The translations under genes were made by a program, and so were the position numbers. A DNA stretch of 64,000 bases from a virus. The notes beneath the pieces are model-generated. The model was given only the letters and a program-made list of their open reading frames with translations, was not told the DNA's origin and made no database searches. Below are positions 46,873-59,300 of this stretch, one piece after another. How positions within the stretch are numbered: position 1 is the first letter of the stretch; each line of letters begins with the position of its first letter. The DNA lies in IMG/VR virus record IMGVR_UViG_3300009155_000048, positions 32,001 through 96,000 of that record. The stretch is one strand, 5' to 3'.

Positions 46873-49839
46873 ATGAAATATTTAAAATATAGAGAAGATT
46901 TTCTACATAGAGAGATTAAACTTGATGAATCAAAAATTCAAGAACAAATTAAAAGTTCTGAAATGATTTCAGAAGCTTTTGAGAATGATATCACTTGGGG
47001 TGGATCTTTAATTGGAAGACTATTTAACTCTATATTAAGAAAAGGTAAAGTAATGATACAAACTGCTAGGATTGGATCATTAGTTAAATCTCTTAAAGAT
47101 GAACTAGATTCTTTATCTGGCGAAGTACAGATCGCATCCGATGAGAAAATAAAAAATAAAGTTTACTTACTTTCTATTAGATTTTTAGTAACTGAGATAT
47201 ATAATATTGTTGTTAGTAATAAAACTGTTGCCGAAAAGAAAGGAGAATTAGTAGGAGATGGATCTGAGGATGCTGGTCTTATACAAACAACTATTAAACA
47301 GGTTGAGGCTATACCAGATGAGTCACTTCCAAACAAAAAAGAACTTATTGAAAAGCTTAAAAGATTTAGAGAAGCATTACTTAAATTAGAAGTAAAAGCC
47401 GAACCATCAAAAGAAGAAGAGGAAGATGATGATAGCGAAACAAATTTCTATAATCAAACACTCAATCTATTGAAATCAATTGTAGCATTAAATGATGTTA
47501 TTCTTAATAAAAAGATTAAGAATGCAGAACAAACAAACAAATCAGTAGAAGTTGGTAAAGAATATACAAATAAGAATGGTAAGGTTTGTATGGTTGTTAG
47601 TTTAGATCACAAAGTAACCAGACCAAATAAAGATGCTGGTGGAGATGGTGTGTTTTTTACAAAAGATGACAAAAAGGGAGAAACATTAGCTCCAGGTTTA
47701 GCATTAGTTGTATATAGAGATGAAAAAACAAAAAAATATTTACCTAATTCACCAACACAAGCAATAAATAAGACGGAGCTTAAGCCATATACTGGAAATG
47801 ATACACTTAAAGATAAAGAGGGAAAACCTCTTCAATCACCATTAGATACCAAAACCGGCACTCCAAAAATTGGAGCAGGATCTGCACAAGGTCAAAAAGA
47901 AGGAGAAAAAGTAGAAAAAACAAATGATTCATACTATTATGAGAATGAGTCACTTCCTATCTTTGAAGATACAAAACTTGAAGATAATGAACTACATGCT
48001 AAAGCTGCTTGGAATAAAGTATTAAACACATGGAATAAAACTGGAATTTCAAAAATGGTTCCAAGAATACAAGAACTATTGAAAAAATCTGAGTCTGGAA
48101 GTAAATTAGAGAAAGGATGGATAATGGACTTAGGTAAGCAAATTATGTTAAATAAATCAACAGTAGGTGCAAATCCTATGAAATTTGATGATTTAATTAA
48201 AGAAGCAGAAGCTATTCCTACATCATATAATGATATACCTAAAGCAATATCTTTAGTTAGTAGAGTTATACTTTCATTTAAGGAAGATATGGGATTATTA
48301 GGAGCATTAGGTGATGCTAACCCACATATTAAATTATTTGTCAACTCATTTGATGAGATGAGTAAGATATATCCTAATCTAAAAGCAAAGAAAAAAGAAG
48401 AACCTAAGAAAGAAGAGGAAAAGACACCAGAAGCACAAAATGATTCACGTCTATTTAACTACTCTAAATTCTTATCAATAAATGAAGCAGATGATATTGT
48501 ACCTGAATTAGACTCTGAAACAGAAAAGTCCGAAAATGATGAGGTTAAAACTGCTTGGTCTAATGAGTTCAAAGAAGGTGAGGAGAAAGAGTGGAAAATA
48601 GAAGAGAAAGAAGCCAAAGAACTACAAAAAGAAACAGATGAGTTAGAGAATAAAGAAACTACATTTAAGGGTGATGACTATTATGATCACATCATAGCAA
48701 TTATTGAAATTTTCGGCAAGGCTTACAATCTATATGCAACTACTGTTATTCCATCTGGTAGACCAAATGGTAGAATTTCTCAAAAAACATTTAGAGAATA
48801 TGAATTTATTGGAGATGGTAAGAATCCGGGATGGAAAGAAGGAGAAGGACCAGAAGCTGGTCCATGGGCAGCAAAGCAAACATATCAAAAGTGGCAAGAT
48901 GGTGTTATGGGCATTCTTAAAGATCCTAAATATAGAAAAATATTAGCAAATGTTAAATTTGTATCAGAGGCCGAAAGTTCAACAGGAACACCATCCAAAG
49001 AAGGTTCAGGAAGATCTTTATTTACCTTCATCAATGACCTAACAACCGGAAATGGTGAATTTAGTAAGATTAAAAGAGAAATGATGAATAAGTATTTCAC
49101 AACAAAAGAAATGAAAACAAAGGGAGACAAGGAAACTCAAGGATTTGGGGGTAACCCAAGTCCTACTATTTCTGGAGATGATAAAGGTGAGACAAATAAA
49201 TATTATTTAACACTTGGTAAAGAGATTAGTGGTATATATGTATCACCAAGAATGTCTGATTATAAAAAATCAGATAAAGAAAATAGCTCATTTTTGAATA
49301 ATTTTACACTAGCTAAGTATAAAACAGATGATGCAAAAGAAGGAACTATTTTAGTTTATGTTAATAATTATTTTACAGTTGATGATAGTCCACACATTTT
49401 AGTAAAGTTTCAATTTATCAAGGAAGGAAGACAATCATTAATAAGTTCTTATTTAAAAAATAGTATTACAAATGACAAAATGGAATTACCCGAAGATATA
49501 AGAGAAGATTTAACAAAATCTATTTATGTAGGTGTTATCAAATTATCAGATGGTCATTTACTAACAGGAAGTACTCCAAATATAACATATATAGACGCAG
49601 TAGAACTAAACTCACCAACGGAACAAGGATTTAAAGAACTAAATATTAAATTGACACAGATTAAATATCTAACAAAACTTGTAGATACAAAAGATGGAAA
49701 TCAAAAAAGAATAGTAGTTAAGCCAAAAGACAATAAACCGGACGAGTTTACAAATAAAGATGTTAAAGACACACTTGGTAAAATTAAAAATAGTGACTCT
49801 TTGAAAAAGGGCCTTAAAATAGAAGGAAAAATAAAATGA
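46873..49839 (+). CDS. Large (988 aa) probable internal head/ejection protein
   Basis: MKYLKY.. start, internal RLFNYSKFLSINE, several [ILF]xE sites; late motif upstream. Confidence 0.6.
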   Translation: MKYLKYREDFLHREIKLDESKIQEQIKSSEMISEAFENDITWGGSLIGRLFNSILRKGKVMIQTARIGSLVKSLKDELDSLSGEVQIASDEKIKNKVYLLSIRFLVTEIYNIVVSNKTVAEKKGELVGDGSEDAGLIQTTIKQVEAIPDESLPNKKELIEKLKRFREALLKLEVKAEPSKEEEEDDDSETNFYNQTLNLLKSIVALNDVILNKKIKNAEQTNKSVEVGKEYTNKNGKVCMVVSLDHKVTRPNKDAGGDGVFFTKDDKKGETLAPGLALVVYRDEKTKKYLPNSPTQAINKTELKPYTGNDTLKDKEGKPLQSPLDTKTGTPKIGAGSAQGQKEGEKVEKTNDSYYYENESLPIFEDTKLEDNELHAKAAWNKVLNTWNKTGISKMVPRIQELLKKSESGSKLEKGWIMDLGKQIMLNKSTVGANPMKFDDLIKEAEAIPTSYNDIPKAISLVSRVILSFKEDMGLLGALGDANPHIKLFVNSFDEMSKIYPNLKAKKKEEPKKEEEKTPEAQNDSRLFNYSKFLSINEADDIVPELDSETEKSENDEVKTAWSNEFKEGEEKEWKIEEKEAKELQKETDELENKETTFKGDDYYDHIIAIIEIFGKAYNLYATTVIPSGRPNGRISQKTFREYEFIGDGKNPGWKEGEGPEAGPWAAKQTYQKWQDGVMGILKDPKYRKILANVKFVSEAESSTGTPSKEGSGRSLFTFINDLTTGNGEFSKIKREMMNKYFTTKEMKTKGDKETQGFGGNPSPTISGDDKGETNKYYLTLGKEISGIYVSPRMSDYKKSDKENSSFLNNFTLAKYKTDDAKEGTILVYVNNYFTVDDSPHILVKFQFIKEGRQSLISSYLKNSITNDKMELPEDIREDLTKSIYVGVIKLSDGHLLTGSTPNITYIDAVELNSPTEQGFKELNIKLTQIKYLTKLVDTKDGNQKRIVVKPKDNKPDEFTNKDVKDTLGKIKNSDSLKKGLKIEGKIK

Positions 49840-50411
49840 TTAAAAAATACTCAGAATTTATTTTAGAAAATTATTTTCCGGATAATACAGATTCTCCAGA
49901 GATTGCATCAGATATGAATGGATTTAATGATATTAGTGACCAGATTAAAGAATTTGATACTAAGAAAGTTACTATCAACAATATCTATATGACATACACC
50001 GATGAAAAAGATTTAATTAATAAATTGTCTTCTCAGAAATTTATTGATAATACTAGTGATAAAAAATCTATTAAATTTCATAATTCTATTTTAGGTATGT
50101 GGGCACAGTCTTGTGAGAAAAGAAGAGATTTAAAAGAAATAGATGACCAAATTAAAAAATGGGAAGAAGATATTAAAAATGAAGAGGATAATATTAAAAA
50201 TAATCCATCTTCAGAAGAATCAGTAAGAGCTAACATCAATTTAATAGAGGACAAGATAAAACAAAAAACACAAGATGTTTCAAAAAAACAACTAGAAATT
50301 GGTGACTTAGAAAAATTAGCAAAAGATAAATTAAAATCATTAAAAGATGAACTTAGTTTATCCAAGAAAAGATTAGATATGTATAGGGCTAATAAATTTG
50401 CCAAAAAGTGA
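49836..50411 (+). CDS. Coiled-coil protein with targeting-like N-terminus
   Basis: MIKKYSEFILE. Confidence 0.7.
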   Translation: MIKKYSEFILENYFPDNTDSPEIASDMNGFNDISDQIKEFDTKKVTINNIYMTYTDEKDLINKLSSQKFIDNTSDKKSIKFHNSILGMWAQSCEKRRDLKEIDDQIKKWEEDIKNEEDNIKNNPSSEESVRANINLIEDKIKQKTQDVSKKQLEIGDLEKLAKDKLKSLKDELSLSKKRLDMYRANKFAKK

Positions 50412-50466
50412 AAAAATATGTTTTTTGCTTTTTATATATACAGTAAATAAAAATTAATGAAATAAT

Positions 50467-53400
50467 ATGGCAATTCAAATTGGAAAATACAAAAGACCAG
50501 GTATCTTCATAGAAGAATTTGACAATTCAGTTATCTCAAGTCCAACCGTAACAGGTGTTAGTACTTTAGTAGCGGGTTTTTCAAGAAAAGGACCAGTTAA
50601 CACACCGGTTTTATTACAAACCGTTAATGATTTGGAGAAAATCTTTGGACCAATGGATAGAAACCTTGAAAGAAAAGGTTCTTACTTCCACAGAACAGTG
50701 GCTAAGATGCTTGAGTCAAGTCCGGTTTATGCAATGAATCTATTAGTTACATCAGATACATTGGATACAATTGAATACAAATCTGTATCTACATCTACAG
50801 ACAAAACAAATGATATAGTAAGAGACGGGTCATATAGAAGATTCTTTGACACCACTGGATTCTGGAAAAAGGATACTGATTCTTTCATTACATTAACAAA
50901 TGGTGACTTAGGTCATGCTGATAGACTTCTATCATTCACTAATATGTCTGATAAGTATATCACTGTATTTGTTTTTAAATCTAAATTAAAAGGATTTGAT
51001 AGAACATTACTTGAGTGGTATGGTTCAGCTGATAAAGTACCTTCTTATGTAAATCAATTAGACTATGCGTCTGATTATATGGTGGATGTATTAGTTGTTG
51101 GTGGTGATTGGTCAAACTATCAGCAGTTATCTGTTGATAACAAATGGTCTGCTTATTTCACAAGTCAAGGTCTCAAAAAAGACCAAGTTTATAATTTCTC
51201 AAATGATAGAAATGTTAATTTGTTAAATTTCTATGAGGGACTTTCATTAATTCCATTCTTTAGAGATGCCAATGGTAGAAATATTTTCATTGAAACAATT
51301 ATTAATAATGATACACAAAAAACTGGTTTATTCTGTGCATTTGATTCAGATAAACTTGAAAAAGATTATCCAACTGGAATGGTTGACTTAATTGGTAACA
51401 ACTTAGCTCAAAGTGATGGATTGGTTAATAATGGACAAGCATCACTTGAGTTTTTATCATATGATGTTACAATTACTGAAAGTTTGAATTTCACTGCAAC
51501 TCCACTTGATGTGGCTGGTGGTGTTGATGGTCAAAATGTAGTTGCTCTATTATCTTCTACTTCTTCAGTAGCTGCTATGAGAAGCATCTGGGGTGGTTCA
51601 GAAAGAACTTCGTTTTACTCAGAATCTTATATCAATGGTGTGAATTACGCAACTGCTTCTGAAAGTTTAGGAGGATCATCTACTCTTATTGTAGGATTTG
51701 ATATTTATGATGCTGATTTAGGAGCTGGAGCAACTGCTGCTCCATATGCAGTAATTAGTGGCACTAAAGTTATAGTAAATGAAGGCGTAAATCAGGGAAA
51801 AACATTTTCAGTAAGTGCTTCTGATTATCCAACATCTAATGCAACTGCAAGTTATACTTCAGTTGTTTATATTAATTCATCAACTGGAGCAATCGAAATT
51901 AGTAATAGTACTACTGCTGGATCTAATCCAATTTTAGGAACAAATGACTTAGCACTTGGTTACTTAAATTTCTGGATGTATAATGGATCTATATCACAAG
52001 TAGGTGGAACACCTAGTTACGTTCCTACTTGGACTCCTGTAGAAATTGATAATACAAATGGGTACAAATATAAAGAATTTACACACGGTGCATTAACTAC
52101 AAATGATTACTATGTATCTTCAGTGGGTGCAACATCTTCTGGTAAGATTCAAGTAACATTCTATGGAACATCTCAAACAGACTATACTAAAAATTATGGA
52201 GTTCATAGAAAAATTAGAATGTTTAATTTTTTAGTTAATATGTTACACTCCTCTAATCTCAATAAGATGTGTATGATTAAAGACTACACAACAAGAGAGA
52301 AGTTTTCATTAGCAAATGCTAGTATTTCAAGTATAGTTACTTCATCGTCATCTAATAAGTCATTTGTGTTAGATTTAGGAATTACTCCTACGCCACAACA
52401 TATATTAGATGGTAATTTAATATTCTATAAATATGATAATGAGTTCACTTTAGGAGCATATGGTGTAACCACACAAAATATCAAAGGTGGTACCTATGGT
52501 GTTGTTGGTAAACAATCTCCATTCTACTTAAACTTCTATAATGGACAAATAAATACTAGTGATTATTTCTACAGAAATATTCTAGATGTTGATAAAACTC
52601 CGAGAGTTGTATTACAAAACTCTGGTGGAGAAGGATATATTGTATTTAGTGAACTACCTTGGGCAACTTCAGCTAGTTGGCCATTCAGTTTTGTTGGAAC
52701 AGAACACATCATTTTACCAGACTCTACTTCTAACACAGGAATATTGATGTTAGCTGGTTCTACTGATGAGAGTGGCAACTTAGCTGATCCATCAACTGGT
52801 CTAACTTATAGTGGTACTTACGTAGCTTATAAATTGGAATCAACAGTTACATCAGAAGATATTACATCAATTTCTAAAATATATGATTCTTCTCAGAAAG
52901 TTTATTTACAAATGTACTTAGATAACTCTGGTAATTTAGTGACTAACTTCAAAGATGAACAACTATCAACTGCAGTGCCTATTGATATTGATTTAGATTC
53001 AACATTCAAAGTAATAAGTGATAAATCAAATTACAGACAATCTATTGAGATTGAATTACCAAGTGGTTATACACCAGTTGTTAATAAGATTCTTATTAAT
53101 GGACTTAGATATCCAGAGGTTAAAATTGGTGATTTCCTAGAAGCTTATGTTGATACTACACTTTTACAAAGTGGTGAGGTTCCAAGAAGATTAACTAGAA
53201 TATTAACTAAAAAAGTATATGCAGCTGATACATCACTAGTAGAGGTTACTTGTGACTCAGCAATTGAGAAAGTTGAATTTGGTAGTGATTATCAAACAAT
53301 GAGATACACATCTATTGATGATTATGTTTCTACTTATAAATCAATATCATTAAAAGGATTTAGAGTAAGAGAAGCTTCAATGCCGGATGGTACAGAAGAC

Positions 53401-54402
53401 AGACAAAGTTCTATTCTTAACTTATTAGCTAAAGGAACATCATTGTTCAAAGCTATAACTAACAAAGAAGCAATTGACTTTAGATATGTTGTTGACTCAT
53501 TTGGTCTTGGATTAATTGAACGTTCAAAACAACAATTAGTTGATATTTGTGGTGATAGATTAGATTGTCTTGGATTCATAAATATGCCTTCTATGAAGTC
53601 ATTCAAGAATTCAACATCACCTACATTTGTTGGAACTGATGAGACAAACTTGGATACATACGGAATTCTACAAACATCATATATCGCAACTGGTGGCAAC
53701 TTGGAATCAAGTCCAGCTTTCTTGTATTCATTTGGTGATGGTAGAGGATCAAGTTGTGTTGGTTATTTCTTACCTTATGTAACAGTAAATGATAATGGAA
53801 GACCAACAGATGTTCCACCAGCTATGTATGTGGCAACTACATATATGAGAAAACAAAACACTAATGTAACTTCAATTGTTCCTTGGACAATTGCAGCGGG
53901 TGTTACAAATGGTAAAGTTACAAATATTGCTGGTATTGAAATGGATTTCACACCAACTGATATTGAAAACTTAAATGGAGCTCAGATGAATCCGATTGTT
54001 TACAAGAGAAACAGAGGATTTGTAATTGAAACTGAAAATACAGCTCAAACTCTTTATAAGTCAGCACTTTCTTACCTACACGTTAGAGAGGTATTGATTG
54101 AACTTGAAAGAGAACTTTCAGCAATGTTGTTAGAATTCCAATGGAAATTTAACACAGCTGAAATCAGAGCCGAAATCAAGTTGAGAGCAGATGTTATTTG
54201 TGAGAAATATGTAAACAAAAATGGTTTATATAACTACTTCAACAAGTGTGATGAAGAAAACAACACTCCTACAATCATTGATAATCAAATTGGTGTTCTT
54301 GATACTTATGTTGAACCAATTCGCGGAATGGGTGTTATTGTAAATAACATTACAATCTTGAGAACAGGAGCAATTAACGCTGGTGGATTCATTAATCAAT
54401 AA
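50467..54402 (+). CDS. Contractile tail sheath protein with large central insertion
   Basis: PGIFIEEFD, GFSRKGPVNTP, IFG; C-terminal PWTIAAG, NPIV, SALSYLHVR, CDEENNTP..ID. Confidence 0.92.
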   Translation: MAIQIGKYKRPGIFIEEFDNSVISSPTVTGVSTLVAGFSRKGPVNTPVLLQTVNDLEKIFGPMDRNLERKGSYFHRTVAKMLESSPVYAMNLLVTSDTLDTIEYKSVSTSTDKTNDIVRDGSYRRFFDTTGFWKKDTDSFITLTNGDLGHADRLLSFTNMSDKYITVFVFKSKLKGFDRTLLEWYGSADKVPSYVNQLDYASDYMVDVLVVGGDWSNYQQLSVDNKWSAYFTSQGLKKDQVYNFSNDRNVNLLNFYEGLSLIPFFRDANGRNIFIETIINNDTQKTGLFCAFDSDKLEKDYPTGMVDLIGNNLAQSDGLVNNGQASLEFLSYDVTITESLNFTATPLDVAGGVDGQNVVALLSSTSSVAAMRSIWGGSERTSFYSESYINGVNYATASESLGGSSTLIVGFDIYDADLGAGATAAPYAVISGTKVIVNEGVNQGKTFSVSASDYPTSNATASYTSVVYINSSTGAIEISNSTTAGSNPILGTNDLALGYLNFWMYNGSISQVGGTPSYVPTWTPVEIDNTNGYKYKEFTHGALTTNDYYVSSVGATSSGKIQVTFYGTSQTDYTKNYGVHRKIRMFNFLVNMLHSSNLNKMCMIKDYTTREKFSLANASISSIVTSSSSNKSFVLDLGITPTPQHILDGNLIFYKYDNEFTLGAYGVTTQNIKGGTYGVVGKQSPFYLNFYNGQINTSDYFYRNILDVDKTPRVVLQNSGGEGYIVFSELPWATSASWPFSFVGTEHIILPDSTSNTGILMLAGSTDESGNLADPSTGLTYSGTYVAYKLESTVTSEDITSISKIYDSSQKVYLQMYLDNSGNLVTNFKDEQLSTAVPIDIDLDSTFKVISDKSNYRQSIEIELPSGYTPVVNKILINGLRYPEVKIGDFLEAYVDTTLLQSGEVPRRLTRILTKKVYAADTSLVEVTCDSAIEKVEFGSDYQTMRYTSIDDYVSTYKSISLKGFRVREASMPDGTEDRQSSILNLLAKGTSLFKAITNKEAIDFRYVVDSFGLGLIERSKQQLVDICGDRLDCLGFINMPSMKSFKNSTSPTFVGTDETNLDTYGILQTSYIATGGNLESSPAFLYSFGDGRGSSCVGYFLPYVTVNDNGRPTDVPPAMYVATTYMRKQNTNVTSIVPWTIAAGVTNGKVTNIAGIEMDFTPTDIENLNGAQMNPIVYKRNRGFVIETENTAQTLYKSALSYLHVREVLIELERELSAMLLEFQWKFNTAEIRAEIKLRADVICEKYVNKNGLYNYFNKCDEENNTPTIIDNQIGVLDTYVEPIRGMGVIVNNITILRTGAINAGGFINQ

Positions 54403-54416
54403 TCTATAAAAATTTA

Positions 54417-54449
54417 AAAAAAACCAGATAGAAATATCTGGTTTTTTTT
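54417..54449 (+). terminator. Terminator after sheath gene
   Basis: AAAAAAACCAGATA-GAAA-TATCTGGTTTTTTT. Confidence 0.8.
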
Positions 54450-54499
54450 ATTAAACATATATAGGAGTATTTAATATATATGTAAAATGGTTTGTTGTT

Positions 54500-56188
54500 A
54501 TGAATTTAGAAATATTTAATAATCCAGATCCATCTGGTAGAATGTCCAAAGAATCTTTTCTTTTTAAGAATTATAAAGATGAATATGATTATATAGTAGA
54601 ATACTGCCTAAGTAATAATATTGTAGAAATTTCCTTTAAGGAAAAGGTATATTTATGTTTAAATAATATTTCAAATATCCCAACTTGTCAAAACCCATCT
54701 TGTAAAAAAAGAGTGAGTTTTAAAAACTCAACATTGGGATATTTGAAATATTGTTCAAATAAATGTATATCATCAGATCCCAATATTAAAAAAATTAAAG
54801 AAGAAAAGTCTTTAGAGAAATTTGGAACAAAAACTCCTGCTGAATCCGAACAAGTAAAAAATAAGACAAAAAAAACAAATCAAGAAAGATATGGAGGCAA
54901 TTCCGCTATGTCATCAGAAGAAATACAAGAGAAATCTAAACAAACACTACTTAAAAATTGGGGAGTTGATAATCCGAATAAATCACCATATTTGACTGAA
55001 AAGAGAATAGAGTCCTTTAAATTGAGTAATTATAAAGAATCATTTAAAAAAACATCATTATTTAGGTATGGAGTTGATCACCCTTGGAAAAATAAAGATA
55101 TACATGATAAGAGTTCATTAGGCACATTTATTTCAAAAAATTTAAAGTTAAAAGAATCTATTCTAAAAAAATTAGAAACTCATTCAAATTATAAATTAAT
55201 ATCTATTGACTATGATAAATATAAAAGAGAAGTTACTATACATTGTGATATATGCAATAGTGATTTTTTTATAAATAGAGAGGATTTTCACATAAGACAT
55301 AAGAATAAGACTACCATATGTACTGTTTGTAATCCCATCGATACTAACCAATCTGGTACAGAAATGAAATTATATGAATTCATTAAGGATAATTTTGATG
55401 GAAATATACATACTAATATAAAATCCATAATAAAACCAAGTGAGTTAGATATTTATATTCCCGACTTAAAATTAGCATTTGAGTTTAATCGATTATATTG
55501 GCACTCCGAATCCCAAAAAGGTAAATATTATCATTATGATAAGACAAGAAAATGTAGGGATATAGGAATAGAACTCATACATATATGGGAGGATGATTGG
55601 GTATATAAAAATGATATTGTCAAGTCAATAATATTGAATAGAATTGGTAAAACGAAAAATAAAATATATGCTAGGAAATGTGAAATAAGAGAGGTTAATG
55701 ATATTGATTTAATAAAGTATTTTTTGGAAAATAATCATATATTAGGATATTGCTCATCAAGTATTAAATTAGGATTATACTATAATGATGATTTGGTTTC
55801 TTTGATGTGCTTTACTAAAAAAAATGGATTATACGAGTTGGTTAGATATTGTAACAAACTGAATAATTTAGTAACTGGTGGATCATCTAAATTGTTTAGA
55901 TACTTTATTAATAAATATAAAACAGATATTATTTCCTATTCTGACGAATCTATGTTTAGTGGTAATTTATATGAAAGTTTAGGATTTAAACACATAAGTA
56001 ACTCTGTTGTTAATTATAAATGGGTAATTGGTAAGAAAAGAGAACATAAATCAAAGTATAGAAAGGATAGGTTAGTCAAATCAGGATTTGATGTAAACAA
56101 AAGTGAGAATGATATAATGATAGATGATGTTGGCGCTTATAAAATATGGGACTGTGGGCTTAAAAAATGGATTTATAAATGTTCATAA
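54500..56188 (+). CDS. Homing endonuclease, PD-(D/E)xK type with GVDNP repeats
   Basis: ELDIYIP..KLAFEFN.LYWHS, IWEDDW, IYARKC, IWDCG. Confidence 0.8.
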   Translation: MNLEIFNNPDPSGRMSKESFLFKNYKDEYDYIVEYCLSNNIVEISFKEKVYLCLNNISNIPTCQNPSCKKRVSFKNSTLGYLKYCSNKCISSDPNIKKIKEEKSLEKFGTKTPAESEQVKNKTKKTNQERYGGNSAMSSEEIQEKSKQTLLKNWGVDNPNKSPYLTEKRIESFKLSNYKESFKKTSLFRYGVDHPWKNKDIHDKSSLGTFISKNLKLKESILKKLETHSNYKLISIDYDKYKREVTIHCDICNSDFFINREDFHIRHKNKTTICTVCNPIDTNQSGTEMKLYEFIKDNFDGNIHTNIKSIIKPSELDIYIPDLKLAFEFNRLYWHSESQKGKYYHYDKTRKCRDIGIELIHIWEDDWVYKNDIVKSIILNRIGKTKNKIYARKCEIREVNDIDLIKYFLENNHILGYCSSSIKLGLYYNDDLVSLMCFTKKNGLYELVRYCNKLNNLVTGGSSKLFRYFINKYKTDIISYSDESMFSGNLYESLGFKHISNSVVNYKWVIGKKREHKSKYRKDRLVKSGFDVNKSENDIMIDDVGAYKIWDCGLKKWIYKCS

Positions 56189-56268
56189 AAATAACCTAAA
56201 TGATATTTTGTAGATATGTCTGATTAAAATGAATCTAATCAATAAGAACTAAAATAAATTAAACAAAA

Positions 56269-56297
56269 GAACCTCTATAGAAATATAGAGGTTTTTT
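56269..56297 (+). terminator. Terminator
   Basis: AACCTCTATA-GAAA-TATAGAGGTTTTT. Confidence 0.75.
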
Positions 56298-56351
56298 ATT
56301 TGTTAACATTTTATTTTTAATATATACTGTTAATAATCCAAGTAATAAGAA

Positions 56352-59300
56352 ATGACAAAAATATTAAATAGTCTCAAAGTAACCGGTACCGGATCAAGTT
56401 CACAAGCATTGGGTGTAACCGGTGGATATGTTAGTATAAATGATAAGCTAAGAATAGGTGATTGGTCAACTCCAACCGCAACTGTTAATATTAATAGCAA
56501 AGGAACAACATCATCAACAAACGCATTTAAAATAACCACCGGATTTACAACAAATAATTTTTACCCATCACTAAATTATAGTGATGATGGTGTCTTAACA
56601 CTAGTTGGTGCTGGTCTTGGATATGGTGCAACAAATAGTGGTAGACCGATTGGTTCCGCAGATTTAGTCATAGGTAATAATTACTATGGTAGTATTGAAT
56701 TAGCAGGATATGGTATCTTCGGTAGAGACCAAGGTACCAGTGAAGGTCTAAGTTTCTACATAAGAAAAGTTGCTGGTGGTGCTGCTACATACTCAAGAGG
56801 ATTTAGATTTATAACAGCAACAGATAGACAATTTAATTTACAACCCGAAGCTGATGATACTTTTTCAATTAATTACCCAACATATAATAATGGATATATT
56901 AGACTAAGTTCATACAATGACTCCGGTAAATACTTTAGAATATCAACTGATAAATTCACATCAACACAACAGTCCGATAGATTTGGTATTCAAGGATTTT
57001 CAGATTGGGCATCTGTATTTTTTAGAAATATTAGTTCTTTACAGATAGATAACAACGCAATAGTTACAAGAAATATTGGCACAACAAGTAATAGTTTTCC
57101 AAATACTTTTATTATTGGTAGTTCACAAAGTAGTATTAATATAGGCACAACCTATGGCATTCCTACATCTTGGAACCAAGGTTCAATCATCATTGCTCCT
57201 AGCAATGCTATCAATATGACTGCTTCTCATTTTCCGGTCTCAGGTTTAACACACACCAATAATTCCAATATTATGATGGTTGCTCAAGTAAGTGTAATTC
57301 CTACTGGCAACTATAATGTAATGATAGGTGGTGGTTCTAAAATAACCACCGGATCCCAGAATGTCGGAATTGGTAATTATCTATATACAACTAACCCAGC
57401 ATTAGGTGAATTAACAACGGGATCCAGAAACACAGCAGTTGGTTCACAAGCATTGGGTAAACTAACAACTGGTAGTGATAATGTTGGATTAGGTGATAGG
57501 GCTCTTAGAGATTCATTAGTTTCATCATCTAATAATGTTGGTGTCGGTGTTCAAGCTGGCCAATCAGTTCAAAGTAGTAATAATATATTTATAGGTACGA
57601 ATGCTGGTAGAGCTTATAATGGAACCGGTGATTCGGTTTTATATCTTAGCACACATGACTTTACCTCTGCTGCTAGAGTCGAGGCTGCTGCTGCTCACTA
57701 CAGCTCTACATATGCAACCTGGTCCGGAACACCCCCAACTTGGGCAACATTAAATCCTTCATATGGAAATGTTGTAATTTTTGGCAATGAGTCAAGTGGT
57801 AGTAGAGAAAGTTCAACAATAAATAGTACTGGTACTTTTAGATCTTTATTTTTTGGTAAAGGTATGTGGCACCTATCTACCAATCTAAACACTTATGTTA
57901 TTTCTACTTCAATGCCAACCTTAATGACTTGGACAGCAAGTGGATCAATAACTCAAAATAATGATGCGGTTGGTTCTAGTTTAGAGTTAGTAGCAGGTGT
58001 TGGTCGTGGTGGTGGAACAGCTGGCGACCTTTATTTTTCAACTGGACAGTTGACTGCCTCAGGTACATCATCACTACAAGACAAGGTAGTTAGAATGACC
58101 ATAAAGGGTGGTAATGGATTCATTGGTGTTGGTACACAATCACCTTCTACACTTTTACATATTTATTCAACCCAATCTAACGCATTTAGATTAGTTGATG
58201 GTACACAAGGTGCTGGAAAGGCTCTTATATCAGATGCGAATGGTAATGCAAGTTGGGGAACAGCTAGTGGTGGAAGTGGTGTTAGTGGTGGTAGTGCTAG
58301 TTATATGGCACTATTCACAAGTGATACTAGTTTAACACCAAGTAATATTTACCAAGGAGCTTCTGGTTCCATATTAATTGGATACACATCTTCTTCATCT
58401 ACATATACAACAGACACAAATACACTTAGAGTAAATGGTAATGTTTATTTTGATAATTCTACTTCTACAAGTAAATTCTTTTTAAATGGCACAAATTTAT
58501 TTGATAATGTCAATAGAAACATCGCTCTTGGTGCAAGTGCGTTGGGTATAAATAACGGATCAGTTGGTACAAATAATGTTGCAATTGGTGAACAATCACT
58601 TAAATCAAATACTGGTGATAGAAATATTGCATTAGGATATCAAGCATTATTAAATAACTCAAATGGAACAGACAATATCTCAATTGGTGAACAATCACTT
58701 AAATCAAATACTGGTGCTGGTGGATCATATAACGTAGCAATAGGAACTAGTGCTCTAAATAAAAACACTTCAGGTTACAGAAACTTTGCCTTAGGTTATT
58801 ACTCATTATATAGTAATTTAACAGGTGATAATAATATTTCAATAGGACATAACTCTATGTTTTTTGGTATGTCTCAAAGTAATGTCGCAATAGGTGCCAA
58901 TTCTCTATACGGACTAAAGTATGGTAGTTATAATGTATCTATAGGTAAAAGTGCTGCTGCTGACTTAGGTGGTGCGACATCATCATTATCAACACCGAAT
59001 TGGCAAGATAACTATAACACATTCATTGGTACATTTGTTGCACCCGGATTGGTAAGAGGCAACTACAATACAATAATTAGCTCTAAATTGGGAGCTTCTG
59101 ATTTTATAGGATTCACACAGGGTAACTACAATACTTATGTTGGATATGGTATAACAGGAACATTTAGTTCGAATCAAAATAATACAGTGATTGGATCCAG
59201 AGTCACATTAGTAGGTGGTATTACAAACTCAATTATATTAGCAGATGGTTCTGGAAATCAAAGAATATTTGTTAATAGTTTAGGATATGTGGGTATAGGT

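Noticed and set aside
55480-55510. EFNRLYWH instead of the usual EFNGLYWH as evidence of a pseudogene
   Set aside because: Single substitution in an intact 562-aa frame; insufficient evidence
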